64,000 nucleotides of DNA, from contig CAVWHX010000004.1 in assembly GCA_963754925.1 (NCBI GenBank), positions 416,001 through 480,000 on the forward strand, given 5' to 3'. Below are positions 48,902 through 59,972 of this stretch, piece by piece. The notes below the pieces were generated by a model, which was not told the origin of the DNA, searched no databases, and saw only the letters and a program-made list of their open reading frames with translations. The position numbers and the translations under genes are program-made. The stretch comes from an uncultured delta proteobacterium (GTDB taxonomy: Bacteria > Myxococcota > B64-G9). Every line of letters starts with the position of its first letter. Position 1 is the stretch's first letter.

Positions 48902-50407
48902 TCAAACATATTTCTTTCGTTTGTTCGAGGGAAGGATCCCTAGCATTTCTCTGTACTTAGCAACCGTTCTGCGCGCGATATCGATGTTTTGCTCCCGCAA
49001 CATATCGACAATCTGACGATCTGAAAGGGGCTTTACCGAGGACTCGCTGGTCACGATTTGGCGAATCTTCTCTTTGACGGCTTCCGATGCCACATCCTCC
49101 CCTACCATGCGACTGATGCTCGAGTTAAAGAAAAATTTCAACTCGTATATCCCCTGCGGGGTATGAACATATTTGTTGGTGGTCACGCGCGATACCGTTG
49201 ATTCGTGCAGCCCCAAGTCGTTGGCAACATCCCGCAATACCAACGGCTTGAGGTACGCAATACCCTTATCGAAGAATTCACGCTGGAACTTGACGATGCT
49301 CTCGGTCACTCGGTAGATAGTGCGTTGGCGTTGATGAATGCTGCGGATGAGCCACACGGCCGAACGGAGCTTATCCTGAATGTACGATCGTGTCTCGCCC
49401 CCGCGCGAAGCTTCTTGGAAGGCGCGCCGATAGTAATTGCTGATCTTGAGCTTGGGCAATCCGTCCTCGTTGAGCACGATGACGTATTCATCACCCATCC
49501 GATAGACATAGATGTCCGGGGTAATATACTGAGGCTCTTCAGCCGTATACAACCGGCCTGGTTTCGGCTCGAACCCAGAAATAATCTTGACTGCTTCCAG
49601 AACCTCTTCCAGCGAAACCCGCAAGGCGCGAGCGATGGCCTGGTAGTTCTTGCGCTCGACTTGTGGTAGGTGCGCCTCAATAATCGCGTACACCAACCCG
49701 TTTTCGATCTCAAGATACTGCGCCTGGGTGAGTAGTGACTCGCGGAGATCCCGGGCGGCCACCCCTACCGGATCAAAGGTTTGTATGACCTTGAGCACGC
49801 GCTCAACATCTTCCGCGCTCACCTGCATGTCAGCGGCAATGCTTTCCACCGCACTGAGCCCGGCTACGCGATCCTCATCATCGGGAACAAGGTAACCCTC
49901 GTCGTTGAGGTTCAAGATGATCTCGACCCCGATGTTTTGATCGCGCTGATCCAGGCTCGAGAGCCTCAGTTGCCACACCAGATGATCGGCGAGCGAGGTT
50001 TTCTTGGTCAGAACATTTTCGAACGAGGGCAGATCATCCGAAGATGGTCGGGCACGGCCGGCGCCCGTCGACTGAAAGAAGTTATAGTTTTCAAGATATC
50101 GGTCCCAATCGATCTCGTTGAATCCCTCGCTGCCCTTGACCTCCTCTACGCGGTCGCTGCGATCGATCCGCTCGGCGATACGTTCGTCGGTCAATTCTTC
50201 CTGTTCCTGGATGGAAGCTGGCTTTTGTTCGCCATCGTCCTCTTCCAGGTGTTCCTCAAGGACGGGATTTTCCAACATCTCATCATGGACGAGCTCGCTC
50301 AATTCAAGGCGCGACAGCTGAAGCAGCTTGATAGCCTGTTGCAGCTGCGGTGTCATCACCAGCTGCAAGGTTTGCTTCAATGAGAGGGATTGCTTAAGTT
50401 CCGTCAT
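48902..50407 (-). CDS. rpoN: RNA polymerase sigma-54 factor
   Basis: MTPQLQQAIKLLQ, HESTVSR, ARRTVAKYRE (RpoN box). Confidence 0.97.
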   Translation of the reverse strand: MTELKQSLSLKQTLQLVMTPQLQQAIKLLQLSRLELSELVHDEMLENPVLEEHLEEDDGEQKPASIQEQEELTDERIAERIDRSDRVEEVKGSEGFNEIDWDRYLENYNFFQSTGAGRARPSSDDLPSFENVLTKKTSLADHLVWQLRLSSLDQRDQNIGVEIILNLNDEGYLVPDDEDRVAGLSAVESIAADMQVSAEDVERVLKVIQTFDPVGVAARDLRESLLTQAQYLEIENGLVYAIIEAHLPQVERKNYQAIARALRVSLEEVLEAVKIISGFEPKPGRLYTAEEPQYITPDIYVYRMGDEYVIVLNEDGLPKLKISNYYRRAFQEASRGGETRSYIQDKLRSAVWLIRSIHQRQRTIYRVTESIVKFQREFFDKGIAYLKPLVLRDVANDLGLHESTVSRVTTNKYVHTPQGIYELKFFFNSSISRMVGEDVASEAVKEKIRQIVTSESSVKPLSDRQIVDMLREQNIDIARRTVAKYREMLGILPSNKRKKYV

Positions 50408-51156
50408 GGCGTGATAGCCCCATTCAAGCTGAACCGTTCGCCGAGGTACAGGCTACGTGCTTTCTCACTCATGGCAATTGAAGCGGGAGAACCTTCCTCG
50501 ATAATCGTTCCATCTTTTACAATATACGCTCTGTGGCAAATTGACAAGGTCTCCCTAACATTGTGATCGGTGATTAGCACCCCAATCCCAGCCTCCGATA
50601 ACTTCCTGATCTGCCTCTGAATCTCATCAACCGTCAAGGGATCGATACCCGAGAACGGCTCGTCCAGCAAGAGAAAACGTGGGCTTTGGATCATGGCGCG
50701 GGCGATTTCCAAACGGCGGCGCTCGCCCCCCGACAGCGTCGCGGCCTGCGCGGTCACCACCTTTCCAAGATCGTACTCGGCAATCGCTCGATCGGCCCGC
50801 TCCCTGGCGGGCACGCCTTTTACTCCAGCCGCCTCCAAATAAAGCAGTAAATTGTCAAGTACCGACAACTTGCGAAACACCGAAGGTTCTTGAGAAAGGT
50901 AGCCGAGCCCAGCCCGTGCGCGCCGGTACATCGGCCAGTTGGAGAGTTCCTTTCCACACAACCATATCTGACCAGCCTCTGGCCGAAGCAGACCGACCAC
51001 CATGTGAAAGCTGGTAGTCTTACCGGCGCCATTGGGACCCAACAAACCAACTACTTCACCGCCGTTGACCGAAAATGACACCCCGTTAACCACACAGCGC
51101 CTCTTGAAGGACTTCTTCAATCCCACCGCGCTGAGCTGATTACTGTCTGCACTCAA
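50404..51156 (-). CDS. lptB: LPS export ABC transporter ATP-binding protein
   Basis: GPNGAGKT, LSGGERRR, DEPFSGIDP, TDHNVRETL. Confidence 0.95.
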   Translation of the reverse strand: MSADSNQLSAVGLKKSFKRRCVVNGVSFSVNGGEVVGLLGPNGAGKTTSFHMVVGLLRPEAGQIWLCGKELSNWPMYRRARAGLGYLSQEPSVFRKLSVLDNLLLYLEAAGVKGVPARERADRAIAEYDLGKVVTAQAATLSGGERRRLEIARAMIQSPRFLLLDEPFSGIDPLTVDEIQRQIRKLSEAGIGVLITDHNVRETLSICHRAYIVKDGTIIEEGSPASIAMSEKARSLYLGERFSLNGAITP

Positions 51157-51698
51157 CGGGTTTTCCCTTTCTTTTTCAATTCTTCCGCTTGCATTTGAAT
51201 TACCGCGCGGGGTTTAACCACCTTCACCTCGTCGGAATCCACCAGATACTCGATGCGCTCGCCCCTGATGCGATTGTCGCCCTCGGTCACCCAGGGATCC
51301 CCGATGCATATCAGACGCCCCACCGGACGTTCGTAGGTCGCTTCTTGACAAAAACCCTTTCGGTTTTTCTGTTCAATATTAACCCCACCTGAAAATTCCA
51401 TTCGGGCAATCTCGCCTTCTTTAAGATCGGGGTCCTTGGCGCTCGCGTAGGTGATCACCAATTTTTCGCAGCGAATGAGTAAATTTTTTTGATTAGTCAC
51501 GACACGTCCTAAAAATTCTGCTTGCCGTTCTTTTTGATGGACGATCAACCTGTCCGAATGGATGTTAACCGGTTCAGGTACCTCCTCCGGTTGCTTCTGC
51601 TCTGGCACGGAAGCCCGATCGGGCGACAGATCTTTAGCGTACACCAGCGCTGAACAACAGATTGCCACTCCTATGAAGACTTCTTTTGTGCTTGGCAT
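51153..51698 (-). CDS. lptA: LPS transport periplasmic protein LptA (OstA-like)
   Basis: Signal peptide; IHSD, GRV, IRGERI motifs; upstream of lptB. Confidence 0.85.
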   Translation of the reverse strand: MPSTKEVFIGVAICCSALVYAKDLSPDRASVPEQKQPEEVPEPVNIHSDRLIVHQKERQAEFLGRVVTNQKNLLIRCEKLVITYASAKDPDLKEGEIARMEFSGGVNIEQKNRKGFCQEATYERPVGRLICIGDPWVTEGDNRIRGERIEYLVDSDEVKVVKPRAVIQMQAEELKKKGKTR

Positions 51699-51958
51699 CA
51701 GCGTTTTTTTCCGACCCAAAGTTTTGGTTCAATCGTGGCGGTAACGTTGCCACGCGCCAGTATCTCCTGAGTCTCTTCACGTAACTCCACGACGGCGGCT
51801 TTAATTTCAAACCGAAGCTTATCACCCTTGTATTGCCACACGGTAGCGTTCTCAAATTGCAACTGCATCGGCTGGCTCGCCGTCTGCTTGCTCCTATCGC
51901 CCAGACCGCAACCAGCAACCCCGACGAGCGCTATCCACGGCAACAACCACTTCGTCAT
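51698..51958 (-). CDS. short LptC-like lipoprotein
   Basis: VAGC lipobox; WQYKGDKLRFEIKA resembles an LptC N-terminal strand; occupies the lptC position with TGATG coupling. Confidence 0.5.
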   Translation of the reverse strand: MTKWLLPWIALVGVAGCGLGDRSKQTASQPMQLQFENATVWQYKGDKLRFEIKAAVVELREETQEILARGNVTATIEPKLWVGKKR

Positions 51959-52036
51959 CTCGCCACCTCAGCTATCTATCTTACCACTAATGAAAACAAA
52001 GCCAAAAAACCATTGATTCCCGAGTTCCCATCAAAC

Positions 52037-52942
52037 CTAGGCTCGACCTTCACGAGGCGGGCGGGTTTTCCAGCGGCGGTGCATCCACACCCACTCGGCC
52101 GGGTGAGCGCGAATATGGGCTTCTATCCGAGCTGTCATGGCCGCGGTATCGCATACTACCGCCCGGCCGAACTCGTCGTCGTCAACCGGGATAAGCTCCT
52201 GTCCAACTATCCGCAAACCGCCTTCCGGTTCTCGATAATTGAATCCGGTAAAGACGGCCGCACCGGTCTTATGCGCAAGTACGGCTGCCGCAGTGGGGGT
52301 ATGGGCCGGGCAATCGAAAAACGGCACGAAGACGCCCTGAACCGCGGTATCCTGGTCAAGCAACAGGCCCAAAACACTGTTTTCCTTCATGACCGCCACC
52401 ATCTTCGCAAAGGCATCCGGATCGCCGCGCCAGATCGTTTTCACGTTGCCTTGATCGCGGAATCTCTGAATGAGAACGGTGAACCGGTCATCGTAGCTCC
52501 GCTTTCCGATAGCGTATATCGGAAAACCTTCAGCCGCCAGCGCCCGAGCCATGAGCTCCCAATTGCCAATATGCCCGGTTACGAAGATTACCCCTCGGCC
52601 GCGAGCCAGTAGATTCAAGATCGCGGTACGAGAGGTCGGATCAAGTCTGACGTAATCACGAATAGCGCCGATCTTATTGATGTTTACCACTTCTGCCGCC
52701 GCGCGTCCAAGATGCTCGAAAACCGCGAGGGCAAGCTGTTCACGTTCGCGTACGTTCTTATCCGGGAAGGCTAATGCAACGTGGGCCAGGGTATCACGCC
52801 GGGCGCTCGTGGCGAAGCGGTACGCCAAACGGCCCATGAAAGCGCCGAACCTGAGCGAGCCCTCCCAGGTAAGAAAACGAACCAAACCCATCAACGTCCG
52901 CACCGACCAATAAATAAAGAAGTTTTTGAGCCTTTTGAGCAT
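52037..52942 (-). CDS. lpxL: lipid A lauroyl/lysophospholipid acyltransferase (LpxL/HtrB family)
   Basis: GHIGNWE, LLDQD, VPFF, WVWMHRRWK; ATG 52942. Confidence 0.88.
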   Translation of the reverse strand: MLKRLKNFFIYWSVRTLMGLVRFLTWEGSLRFGAFMGRLAYRFATSARRDTLAHVALAFPDKNVREREQLALAVFEHLGRAAAEVVNINKIGAIRDYVRLDPTSRTAILNLLARGRGVIFVTGHIGNWELMARALAAEGFPIYAIGKRSYDDRFTVLIQRFRDQGNVKTIWRGDPDAFAKMVAVMKENSVLGLLLDQDTAVQGVFVPFFDCPAHTPTAAAVLAHKTGAAVFTGFNYREPEGGLRIVGQELIPVDDDEFGRAVVCDTAAMTARIEAHIRAHPAEWVWMHRRWKTRPPREGRA

Positions 52943-52970
52943 GGCCTTCGAAGTGTTGATGGGCCGGCCG

Positions 52971-53788
52971 TTAACACGGAACAGACCGTCGAATATCGAG
53001 AATCTGATCGAGGAGCGCGGTAATGCCATCCGGTGAGATAGAATTTGGCCCATCCGAAGGAGCGCGATCGGGATCGGGGTGGACCTCAAGATACAGCCCA
53101 TCCACACCGACGGCTGTTGCCGCCCGACATAACGGCGCGACCATTTCACGCAACCCGCCGCTCGCACCTCCGGCTGCCCCCGGGCGCTGCGCGCTGTGGG
53201 TTCCATCAAAGAGTACCGGATACCCGAGTTCACGCATCCACACCAATGAACGCATATCCACCACCAAATCGCCATAGCCAAAGGTTGTGCCGCGTTCGGT
53301 TAATATCGGCTGCCCCCCGCCCGCAAGCACTTTCTCGGCGGCGTAGCGCATGTCGGACGGGTTAAGAAACTGTCCTTTTTTAATATTGACCGGCTTACCG
53401 GTTCGGCCGGCGGCCAGCAGAAGGTCGGTCTGCCGACACAAGAATGCCGGGATTTGTAAAATGTCAGCGACCGCGGCGGCTGCGGCCGCTTGATCGGGTT
53501 CGTGAATGTCAACCAGCACCGGGATCCGTAGATCGGTCCTGATCCGGCGCATAATCGCCAAACCCTGGACGATCCCCGGACCTCGATAGGAGTTGAGCGC
53601 CGTCCGGTTTGCTTTGTCAAAGGAAGCCTTAACACAAACGGCGTCCCCCGCGCGGCGGTAATATCTTTGAGAACTCCCGCCAACCTCAGGGCGCTGCCCT
53701 CATCTTCAAGAGCGCAGAGCCCGGCAACAACAGCCAGCGGCTGGCCTGCCCCCAACACAAAACTACCGAGATCGATAGTCCGGCTCAT
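52971..53788 (-). CDS. kdsA: KDO 8-phosphate synthase, -1 frameshift near 53631
   Basis: [18 protein letters not shown] split across frames; [20 protein letters not shown]; span is 3n-1. Confidence 0.93.
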
Positions 53789-55401
53789 CGCCCGCGTTCC
53801 TCCCGACGCTTTTTGGCTGCAGCCACGAAAGCTGAAAACAACGGATGCGGCGTAAGCGGTTTGCTCTTGAATTCCGGGTGAAATTGGCAACCGAGCATCC
53901 ACGGATGATTTGAGATCTCGGAGATCTCGACCAATTTCCCATCGGGGGAAAGTCCTGAGAATACCAACCCGTGTTTCGCCAGTACTGAGCAAAAAGCATT
54001 GTTTATTTCATAGCGGTGTCGATGCCGTTCGGATATCTCGCCTCGGCCGTAGGCTTGCAGCGCTTTTGTCCCCGCAAGCAACTTGCAGGGATAGGCTCCC
54101 AAGCGCATCGTGGCGCCCTTGTCCTGAACCATGCGTTGTTCTTCCATGAGGTCAATTACCGGCTGGCGACAGCTGCTCTCAAATTCGGTCGAGTTCGCTT
54201 CGCTGAGCCCGGCTACGTGCCGGGCGAATTCGACGACCATCAATTGCATACCCAAGCAAATGCCAAAAAACGGCACGCGTTGCTCGCGCGCATATCGAAT
54301 AGCTCTCATCTTCCCTTCGATCCCGCGCTCGCCAAAACCTCCCGGCACCAGCACCCCATCAAGTTCGGCAAGCTGCGAAGACTCTTCATCCGTCACTTCT
54401 TCGGCATTGAGGTAGCGCAGCTCGACCTTGACGCCGTTCGCCAATCCACCGTGAAGAAGCGCCTCGTGCAATGAGCGGTAAGAATCCACCAAATGGACAT
54501 ACTTCCCGACCACTCCGATATACACCGTTTGGCGCGGTTTGCGTAAGGAATCAACCACCTTGCGCCAACCATCCAACGCCGGGGCGCGCGACCAAATGTT
54601 GAGCAGCTCGGCCAGCTTCTCGTCGAGACCCTGCTCGTTGAGCAACAGCGGGACCGCGTAAATGGTATCAACGTCCGGACACTCAAATACGGTGGCTGCG
54701 CTGGTCGAACAAAACAGGGCAATCTTGTCCTTGAGCTCCTTCCCCAGGGGCTTTTCGCACCGACAGAGGATAATATCAGGCTGAATCCCGATCGCCCGAA
54801 GCTCCTTGACGCTGTGCTGGGTTGGCTTGGTCTTCATCTCGCCCACCGTATTGACATACGGCACCAGCGTCAGGTGTAGGTACAGGGTATGTTCGTGCCC
54901 CAGATCGCTGCGGAGCTGCCGAATGCTTTCGAGAAACGGCAGGCTCTCGATATCGCCGACGGTCCCACCTACCTCGGTGATCAGCAGATCGACTCCCTCG
55001 GCCGCTTTACGAATGCGCGCTTTGATTTCGTCGGTGATGTGCGGGATCACCTGAACGGTCTTGCCCAGGTAGTCACCGCGGCGTTCTTTCTGAATTACCG
55101 TATCGTATACGCTACCGGTCGTGAAGTTGTTCGCCTGGCCGACCGGCGCTGAGGTAAACCGCTCGTAGTGACCGAGATCCAGGTCGGTTTCAGCCCCGTC
55201 ATCGGTAACAAACACCTCGCCGTGCTGATAGGGACTCATGGTTCCGGGGTCGACATTGATATACGGATCCATTTTTAACATCGCGATTTTGAGACCACGG
55301 TTTTCCATCAGCGCGCCAATTGACGCCGCGGACACGCCTTTGCCGAGTCCCGATACAACGCCGCCGGTCACAAAAATAAACTTGCTGTGTTTGTTCGCCA
55401 C
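53785..55401 (-). CDS. pyrG: CTP synthase
   Basis: [36 protein letters not shown]. Confidence 0.97.
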   Translation of the reverse strand: MANKHSKFIFVTGGVVSGLGKGVSAASIGALMENRGLKIAMLKMDPYINVDPGTMSPYQHGEVFVTDDGAETDLDLGHYERFTSAPVGQANNFTTGSVYDTVIQKERRGDYLGKTVQVIPHITDEIKARIRKAAEGVDLLITEVGGTVGDIESLPFLESIRQLRSDLGHEHTLYLHLTLVPYVNTVGEMKTKPTQHSVKELRAIGIQPDIILCRCEKPLGKELKDKIALFCSTSAATVFECPDVDTIYAVPLLLNEQGLDEKLAELLNIWSRAPALDGWRKVVDSLRKPRQTVYIGVVGKYVHLVDSYRSLHEALLHGGLANGVKVELRYLNAEEVTDEESSQLAELDGVLVPGGFGERGIEGKMRAIRYAREQRVPFFGICLGMQLMVVEFARHVAGLSEANSTEFESSCRQPVIDLMEEQRMVQDKGATMRLGAYPCKLLAGTKALQAYGRGEISERHRHRYEINNAFCSVLAKHGLVFSGLSPDGKLVEISEISNHPWMLGCQFHPEFKSKPLTPHPLFSAFVAAAKKRREERGR

Positions 55402-55428
55402 GAATGGTCTCCTTCCCACGGTACGTGG

Positions 55429-56184
55429 TTAGGGCTTCTCATGAGATTCGAGGATGCTCCGTATCTGTTCCAAGTCTTCCAACGTGTTGACTCCAAAGTG
55501 CGCCCGTTCGCACACCAGAGCTCGAATGTTAATGCCTGCCTGCAGCGCTCGCAACTGTTCAAGCCCTTCGGTGCGCTCGAGCGTGCTTGGCGGGCGGGTG
55601 AAAATATCAATGAGCACCTCGCGCCGAAAGGCATAGACCCCGATATGGCCATACCAGGTATGGTGCGCACGATTAACCAGCGCCTGCCCCGGGTAAGGAA
55701 TCGGCGAACGCGAAAAGTACAATATGTTGCCGCGGTCATCAAGCACTGCTTTAACCAACGACGGATCATCAAGGCGGGCGGTATCGGAAAGCGGCGCGAC
55801 CATAGTCGCCATCTGCACGTTGGAATCCGAAAAGAGAGCGGGTAGCTTGGCCAACGCCGCGGGGTCAATCAGGACTTCGTCTCCCTGCAGGTTGACAACC
55901 ACGGGCGCGGTCAAGCCCGCCGCGACCTCGGCCACTCGTTCTGATCCGCAGCGGTGGCTGCTCGCGGTAAGCACGACCGGCGCATTGAAACCGCGGGCGG
56001 CACGAGCGATGCGTTCGTCGTCGGTCGCGAGGAGCGGTATAGGGCCCAATTTCGCCTGACACGCGCGTTCCCACACATGCTGCAGGATCGGCTTACCGGC
56101 AACCGTCAGCAATGGCTTTCCGGGTAATCGGGTTAAGTCGAAACGGGCGGGAATGACAATTTGAGAGAGCACCCTTGAGTTCAT
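55429..56184 (-). CDS. kdsB: 3-deoxy-manno-octulosonate cytidylyltransferase
   Basis: IPAR..TRLPGKPL, NLQGDE, YFSRSPIP, HIGVY, LEQLRAL. Confidence 0.95.
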   Translation of the reverse strand: MNSRVLSQIVIPARFDLTRLPGKPLLTVAGKPILQHVWERACQAKLGPIPLLATDDERIARAARGFNAPVVLTASSHRCGSERVAEVAAGLTAPVVVNLQGDEVLIDPAALAKLPALFSDSNVQMATMVAPLSDTARLDDPSLVKAVLDDRGNILYFSRSPIPYPGQALVNRAHHTWYGHIGVYAFRREVLIDIFTRPPSTLERTEGLEQLRALQAGINIRALVCERAHFGVNTLEDLEQIRSILESHEKP

Positions 56185-56297
56185 ATCGTGGGTACCCTGG
56201 ATGTCAACCTTTTTTTGTTTGGGGTGCTATCGAGCTCTCAGCAGGCTGGGATAACGTTACCGCCCGCATCAAAAAGTTGTTTAAGGGATTAACCCTA

Positions 56298-57647
56298 TTA
56301 CCCCCCGATATACATCTTGAGGCCAAATACCCCTCCCAGGACGATGGCGAGCGCGTACATCGCCACCTTGACCTCCCGGCCCCGACCAGAAAGCAGTTTG
56401 AGAAGAGGATACGAGACGAAACCCATCGCCAATCCATCGGCGATTGAGTACGTAAAAGGAATCCCCAGTATTACCAAAAATGCCGGCAGCGCCTCGGACG
56501 GCTCGTCCCAGGGAATGTCGCGCACCCCGCGCACCATCAGAGAACCCACCACAATCATTACCGGCGCCGTGACCGGCCGAAGAAAGACGCCCGGGCCGAC
56601 TTCCAACCCACCGCCAACCATCTGCACCAAGGGAAAGAAAAAGAGCGCCATTAGAAACAGGACGCCGGTGAAGACAGAAGCAAGCCCGGTTCGCGCCCCG
56701 GCCGCCACCCCAGCCGCGCTTTCGATGTACGAGCTCACCGTCGAGGTCCCCAACAAGGCACCGGCCGTGGTGCCGACGGCATCGGAGAAGAGCGCCCTCC
56801 CCGCGCGCTCGAGCTTTCCATCGTTCATCAAACCGGCCTGCTGCCCAACCCCGACCAAGGTGCCAAGGGTATCGAACAACACCATGAATAAAAAGATTAC
56901 CACGACCGGCAGCATGGCCACCTGAAACAGGCCCGCAAGATCCATTTTCAAGAGCACCGGCGTAAGCGACGGCGGCAGACTGAATAGTCCGTGGTAGGAA
57001 ACCAAACCAAACGGCAGGCCCGCTATGGCCGTCACCAGTAATCCGAAAAGAATGGCCCCCCGCATCCGCATCGTTATCAGCACCGCGGTAACCAGCAAAC
57101 CAAACAGCGTGAGCAGCGCCGGCCCGGAAGACAACGTGCCGAGCGCCACCATGGATCCCGTAGCCGCCACCACTAACCCGCCCTGCTGGAGACCGATAAA
57201 AGCAATAAAGAGGCCGATCCCCACCGGTATGGCCAATTTCAATGATAGCGGCAAGGATTCGATGATTAACTCGCGCAATCTCACGGCAGAGAGAAGTAAA
57301 AACAAAACACCGGAAACAAACACCGCCGCCAACGCGATCTGCCAGGGGACCTTCGTGCCGGTCACGACCCCCATGCAAACGGTAACAAAAAAGAAATTCT
57401 CCCCCATGCACGGGGCGAGCGCCACCGGATAGTTGGCGCCAAAGGCCATGATAAAGGTTGCCAGGGCGGAAGACAGACAGGTTGCCACCATCACCGCCCC
57501 AAAATCCATGCCGACCGCCGAAAGCACTCCCGGCTGGACAAAGATAATGTACGACATGGTCAGAAAGGTCACTAACCCACCCCGCGCCTCGGCGAGTACG
57601 GTGGTTTTATGGACCGATAACTGAAACATACGCTCAAGCCAAGCCAT
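56298..57647 (-). CDS. NCS2 family (AzgA/xanthine-uracil) permease
   Basis: TFLTMSYII, APCMGEN, FDTLGT, YIESAAG, RTGL. Confidence 0.92.
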   Translation of the reverse strand: MAWLERMFQLSVHKTTVLAEARGGLVTFLTMSYIIFVQPGVLSAVGMDFGAVMVATCLSSALATFIMAFGANYPVALAPCMGENFFFVTVCMGVVTGTKVPWQIALAAVFVSGVLFLLLSAVRLRELIIESLPLSLKLAIPVGIGLFIAFIGLQQGGLVVAATGSMVALGTLSSGPALLTLFGLLVTAVLITMRMRGAILFGLLVTAIAGLPFGLVSYHGLFSLPPSLTPVLLKMDLAGLFQVAMLPVVVIFLFMVLFDTLGTLVGVGQQAGLMNDGKLERAGRALFSDAVGTTAGALLGTSTVSSYIESAAGVAAGARTGLASVFTGVLFLMALFFFPLVQMVGGGLEVGPGVFLRPVTAPVMIVVGSLMVRGVRDIPWDEPSEALPAFLVILGIPFTYSIADGLAMGFVSYPLLKLLSGRGREVKVAMYALAIVLGGVFGLKMYIGG

Positions 57648-57743
57648 GACCCTGCCTCCTTCGTCTTCCAATCGCCATTACCGTACCCGCACGCGAGATG
57701 CTAACAGAACCATTCAGTGGCTAGCAAGAGAGCTGTTCGTATA

Positions 57744-57802
57744 GTGCATCAGTTAGCCCAAGGGCTTAGGGGTGTTCGTCAGGCAGCAGGTAATTGATGC
57801 AC
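57744..57802. repeat. inverted repeat with nested hairpin
   Basis: GTGCATCAGTTA ... TAATTGATGCAC (11 of 12 match) enclosing AGCCC-AA-GGGCT. Confidence 0.5.
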
Positions 57803-57943
57803 CACTGCTCTTCATCAACCGCGAGACGACTCTCTTTTATTTAGGATTTATGCTTGTTGGCAGTATATACTATTGAAAGAATATGTTAATTGGTGCGGCT
57901 TTTCCACGTGTTTCAAAATGATAGTGATTGCCAAGGGATTCAA

Positions 57944-58675
57944 ATGGCTCGTCAGAGAGCGTCGAAGGGCCCCAAAAAGGCTTCACGAAAAATGAAGTTT
58001 ATAAAAGCGGTTTGCAGCTTTCCCGACGGGGACTCGCGCCGTTTGTTGGTAACCGGCCTCTCCCTCGGAGGAGCGTTTGTCCTTTCCCTGAGGCCGCCCC
58101 CCTTCGGAACCAGTCTTTCTATGACCATATATCCCGGCCAAATGCCGTTGCCGCCAATTGACTCTCGGGTGATCGGTCTGCGCATCGATCCGGTCAACAT
58201 CGACCGGTGCGGGTTTGAGGTCGTTTTTACCCGCCTCAGCGATACGGTTCTCTCCCAACTTTCCACGCTCATCAAACAACTCGAGCAGAAAACCGCGCGA
58301 CCAAATCGAGAGCGGCTCTGTCCGCAGCCAAACCCAAGGCAACATCCACGAGTCGCGATGCAGCTCGAAGCGGCGATACATCTTCCGCAAGAAGAATGTC
58401 CGGCCACGGTCGTGGACCTGAGCATCGCCGGGGCGTTGCTGCGACTCGAACAAAAGACAACACGTTTTAATCAAGGAGACGAGCTGCAGGTCAGTATCAT
58501 AGCACCCAACACCCCGGAGCACCTGTTGCTAAGAGCTCGCGTGGTTCGCATGGTTGCGGGAAGCGAACCACCAGAGGTAGGCGTGGTTTTTACCGACATC
58601 AACGAAATGGTTCAGCGGAGGCTCGAGGGTCTGATCCTCGAGGCATTGACCGACGAGTATGAATTGCCGCCCTGA
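57944..58675 (+). CDS. tandem PilZ domain protein
   Basis: Domain 1 GLSLGG (degenerate); domain 2 RQHPR and DLSIAG. Confidence 0.8.
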   Translation: MARQRASKGPKKASRKMKFIKAVCSFPDGDSRRLLVTGLSLGGAFVLSLRPPPFGTSLSMTIYPGQMPLPPIDSRVIGLRIDPVNIDRCGFEVVFTRLSDTVLSQLSTLIKQLEQKTARPNRERLCPQPNPRQHPRVAMQLEAAIHLPQEECPATVVDLSIAGALLRLEQKTTRFNQGDELQVSIIAPNTPEHLLLRARVVRMVAGSEPPEVGVVFTDINEMVQRRLEGLILEALTDEYELPP

Positions 58676-58834
58676 ATATTCAATGTCGGTCGACGACATT
58701 TGACCTCCCTGACAGTCATTGGGTAACGTCTAGCCCCTAATAAAGGACCAAACCTTGTAAGCCTCGCTTTGCTCGGCTACAATCTCTAGCCGTGCGAACC
58801 AAAAAACCCTTTAACAGGAACGGTTAGAAAAAGC

Positions 58835-59884
58835 ATGCAGCTGGTTGAATGCGTCCCGAATTTTTCCGAAGGTCGCGATCGAGCCGTCATCGACGAAATC
58901 GCCGCCGGTATCAATTCGGCCGCGGGGGTCGACCTCCTTGACGTATCCGCGGGGGCTGATGCAAACCGCACTGTGATCACGTTTGTCGGCTCCCCCGATG
59001 CGGTGCTCGATGGCGCCTTTCGCGGAATTGCCAAAGCCGCCGCGCGTATCGACATGACCAAACACCATGGCGCGCATGCCCGCCTTGGCGCCAGCGATGT
59101 TTGCCCGTTTGTTCCGCTTCAGGATATCAGCATGGACGAGTGTGTGGATCTGGCGAGGCGCCTGGGCCGGCGGGTCGCCGATGAGCTGAGCATTCCGGTC
59201 TACTTGTATGAAAACGCGGCCAGTAATCCCGAACGACGCAACCTGGCCACGCTGCGCGCGGGCGAATACGAAGGCCTACGCAAAAAACTCACGGATCCCC
59301 GTTGGCAACCAGATTTTGGTGAAGCACAATTCAATGCCAAAAGCGGCGCAACGGCCATTGGCGCACGCGACCTGCTCATCGCAATCAACTTTGATCTCGA
59401 TACCCACGATTGCGCCCTTGCGCACGATATCGCCTGTCAGATCCGCGAGTCTGGATGCCTGATGAAAGACAACTGCGGCGCAATCGTTAGAGATGATCGG
59501 TGCCAGCCGGTTAGGCAATTCGGTACGTTCAAATTTGTCAAGGCGATCGGCTGGTATATGGAATGTTTTGAGCACACCCAGGTATCGGTGAATCTAACCA
59601 ACTACCGCGCCACCCCCCTATCAGCGGTGTTCGACGAGGTTTGTCGTTTAGCCGAGGAGCGCGGGGCGCGTTGCATCGGCAGCGAGCTGATTGGGTTAAT
59701 CCCGCGCGAGTCGCTCCTGGAAGCCGGACGCCACTTCCGGCATAAGGCCGGAAAAACCGCCCCGGTTGCAGAACCGGAACTGATCCGCAGCGCCGTTTCG
59801 GGCCTGTTGCTTGACGCGCTTCATCCCTTTAGCCCCGACAAAAAGATCATCGAATATTGCATCCAGTGCGTGCGGGAAGTATGA
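58835..59884 (+). CDS. ftcD: glutamate formiminotransferase
   Basis: VECVPNFSEGR, HHGAHARLGASDVCPFVP, GEYEG, GSELIG. Confidence 0.9.
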   Translation: MQLVECVPNFSEGRDRAVIDEIAAGINSAAGVDLLDVSAGADANRTVITFVGSPDAVLDGAFRGIAKAAARIDMTKHHGAHARLGASDVCPFVPLQDISMDECVDLARRLGRRVADELSIPVYLYENAASNPERRNLATLRAGEYEGLRKKLTDPRWQPDFGEAQFNAKSGATAIGARDLLIAINFDLDTHDCALAHDIACQIRESGCLMKDNCGAIVRDDRCQPVRQFGTFKFVKAIGWYMECFEHTQVSVNLTNYRATPLSAVFDEVCRLAEERGARCIGSELIGLIPRESLLEAGRHFRHKAGKTAPVAEPELIRSAVSGLLLDALHPFSPDKKIIEYCIQCVREV

Positions 59885-59972
59885 GAAAATCTTGTTTATA
59901 ACTCAGGCCCGACAGCACAGGGGCCGTTGAGAGGTATCGTAGGGTAGAAGCTTTTTCTGAAAGGAGGACACT

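Noticed and set aside
52943..53281. Long N-terminal extension of the LpxL-like ORF
   Set aside because: It overlaps kdsA in another frame; ATG 52942 gives a normal-length protein.
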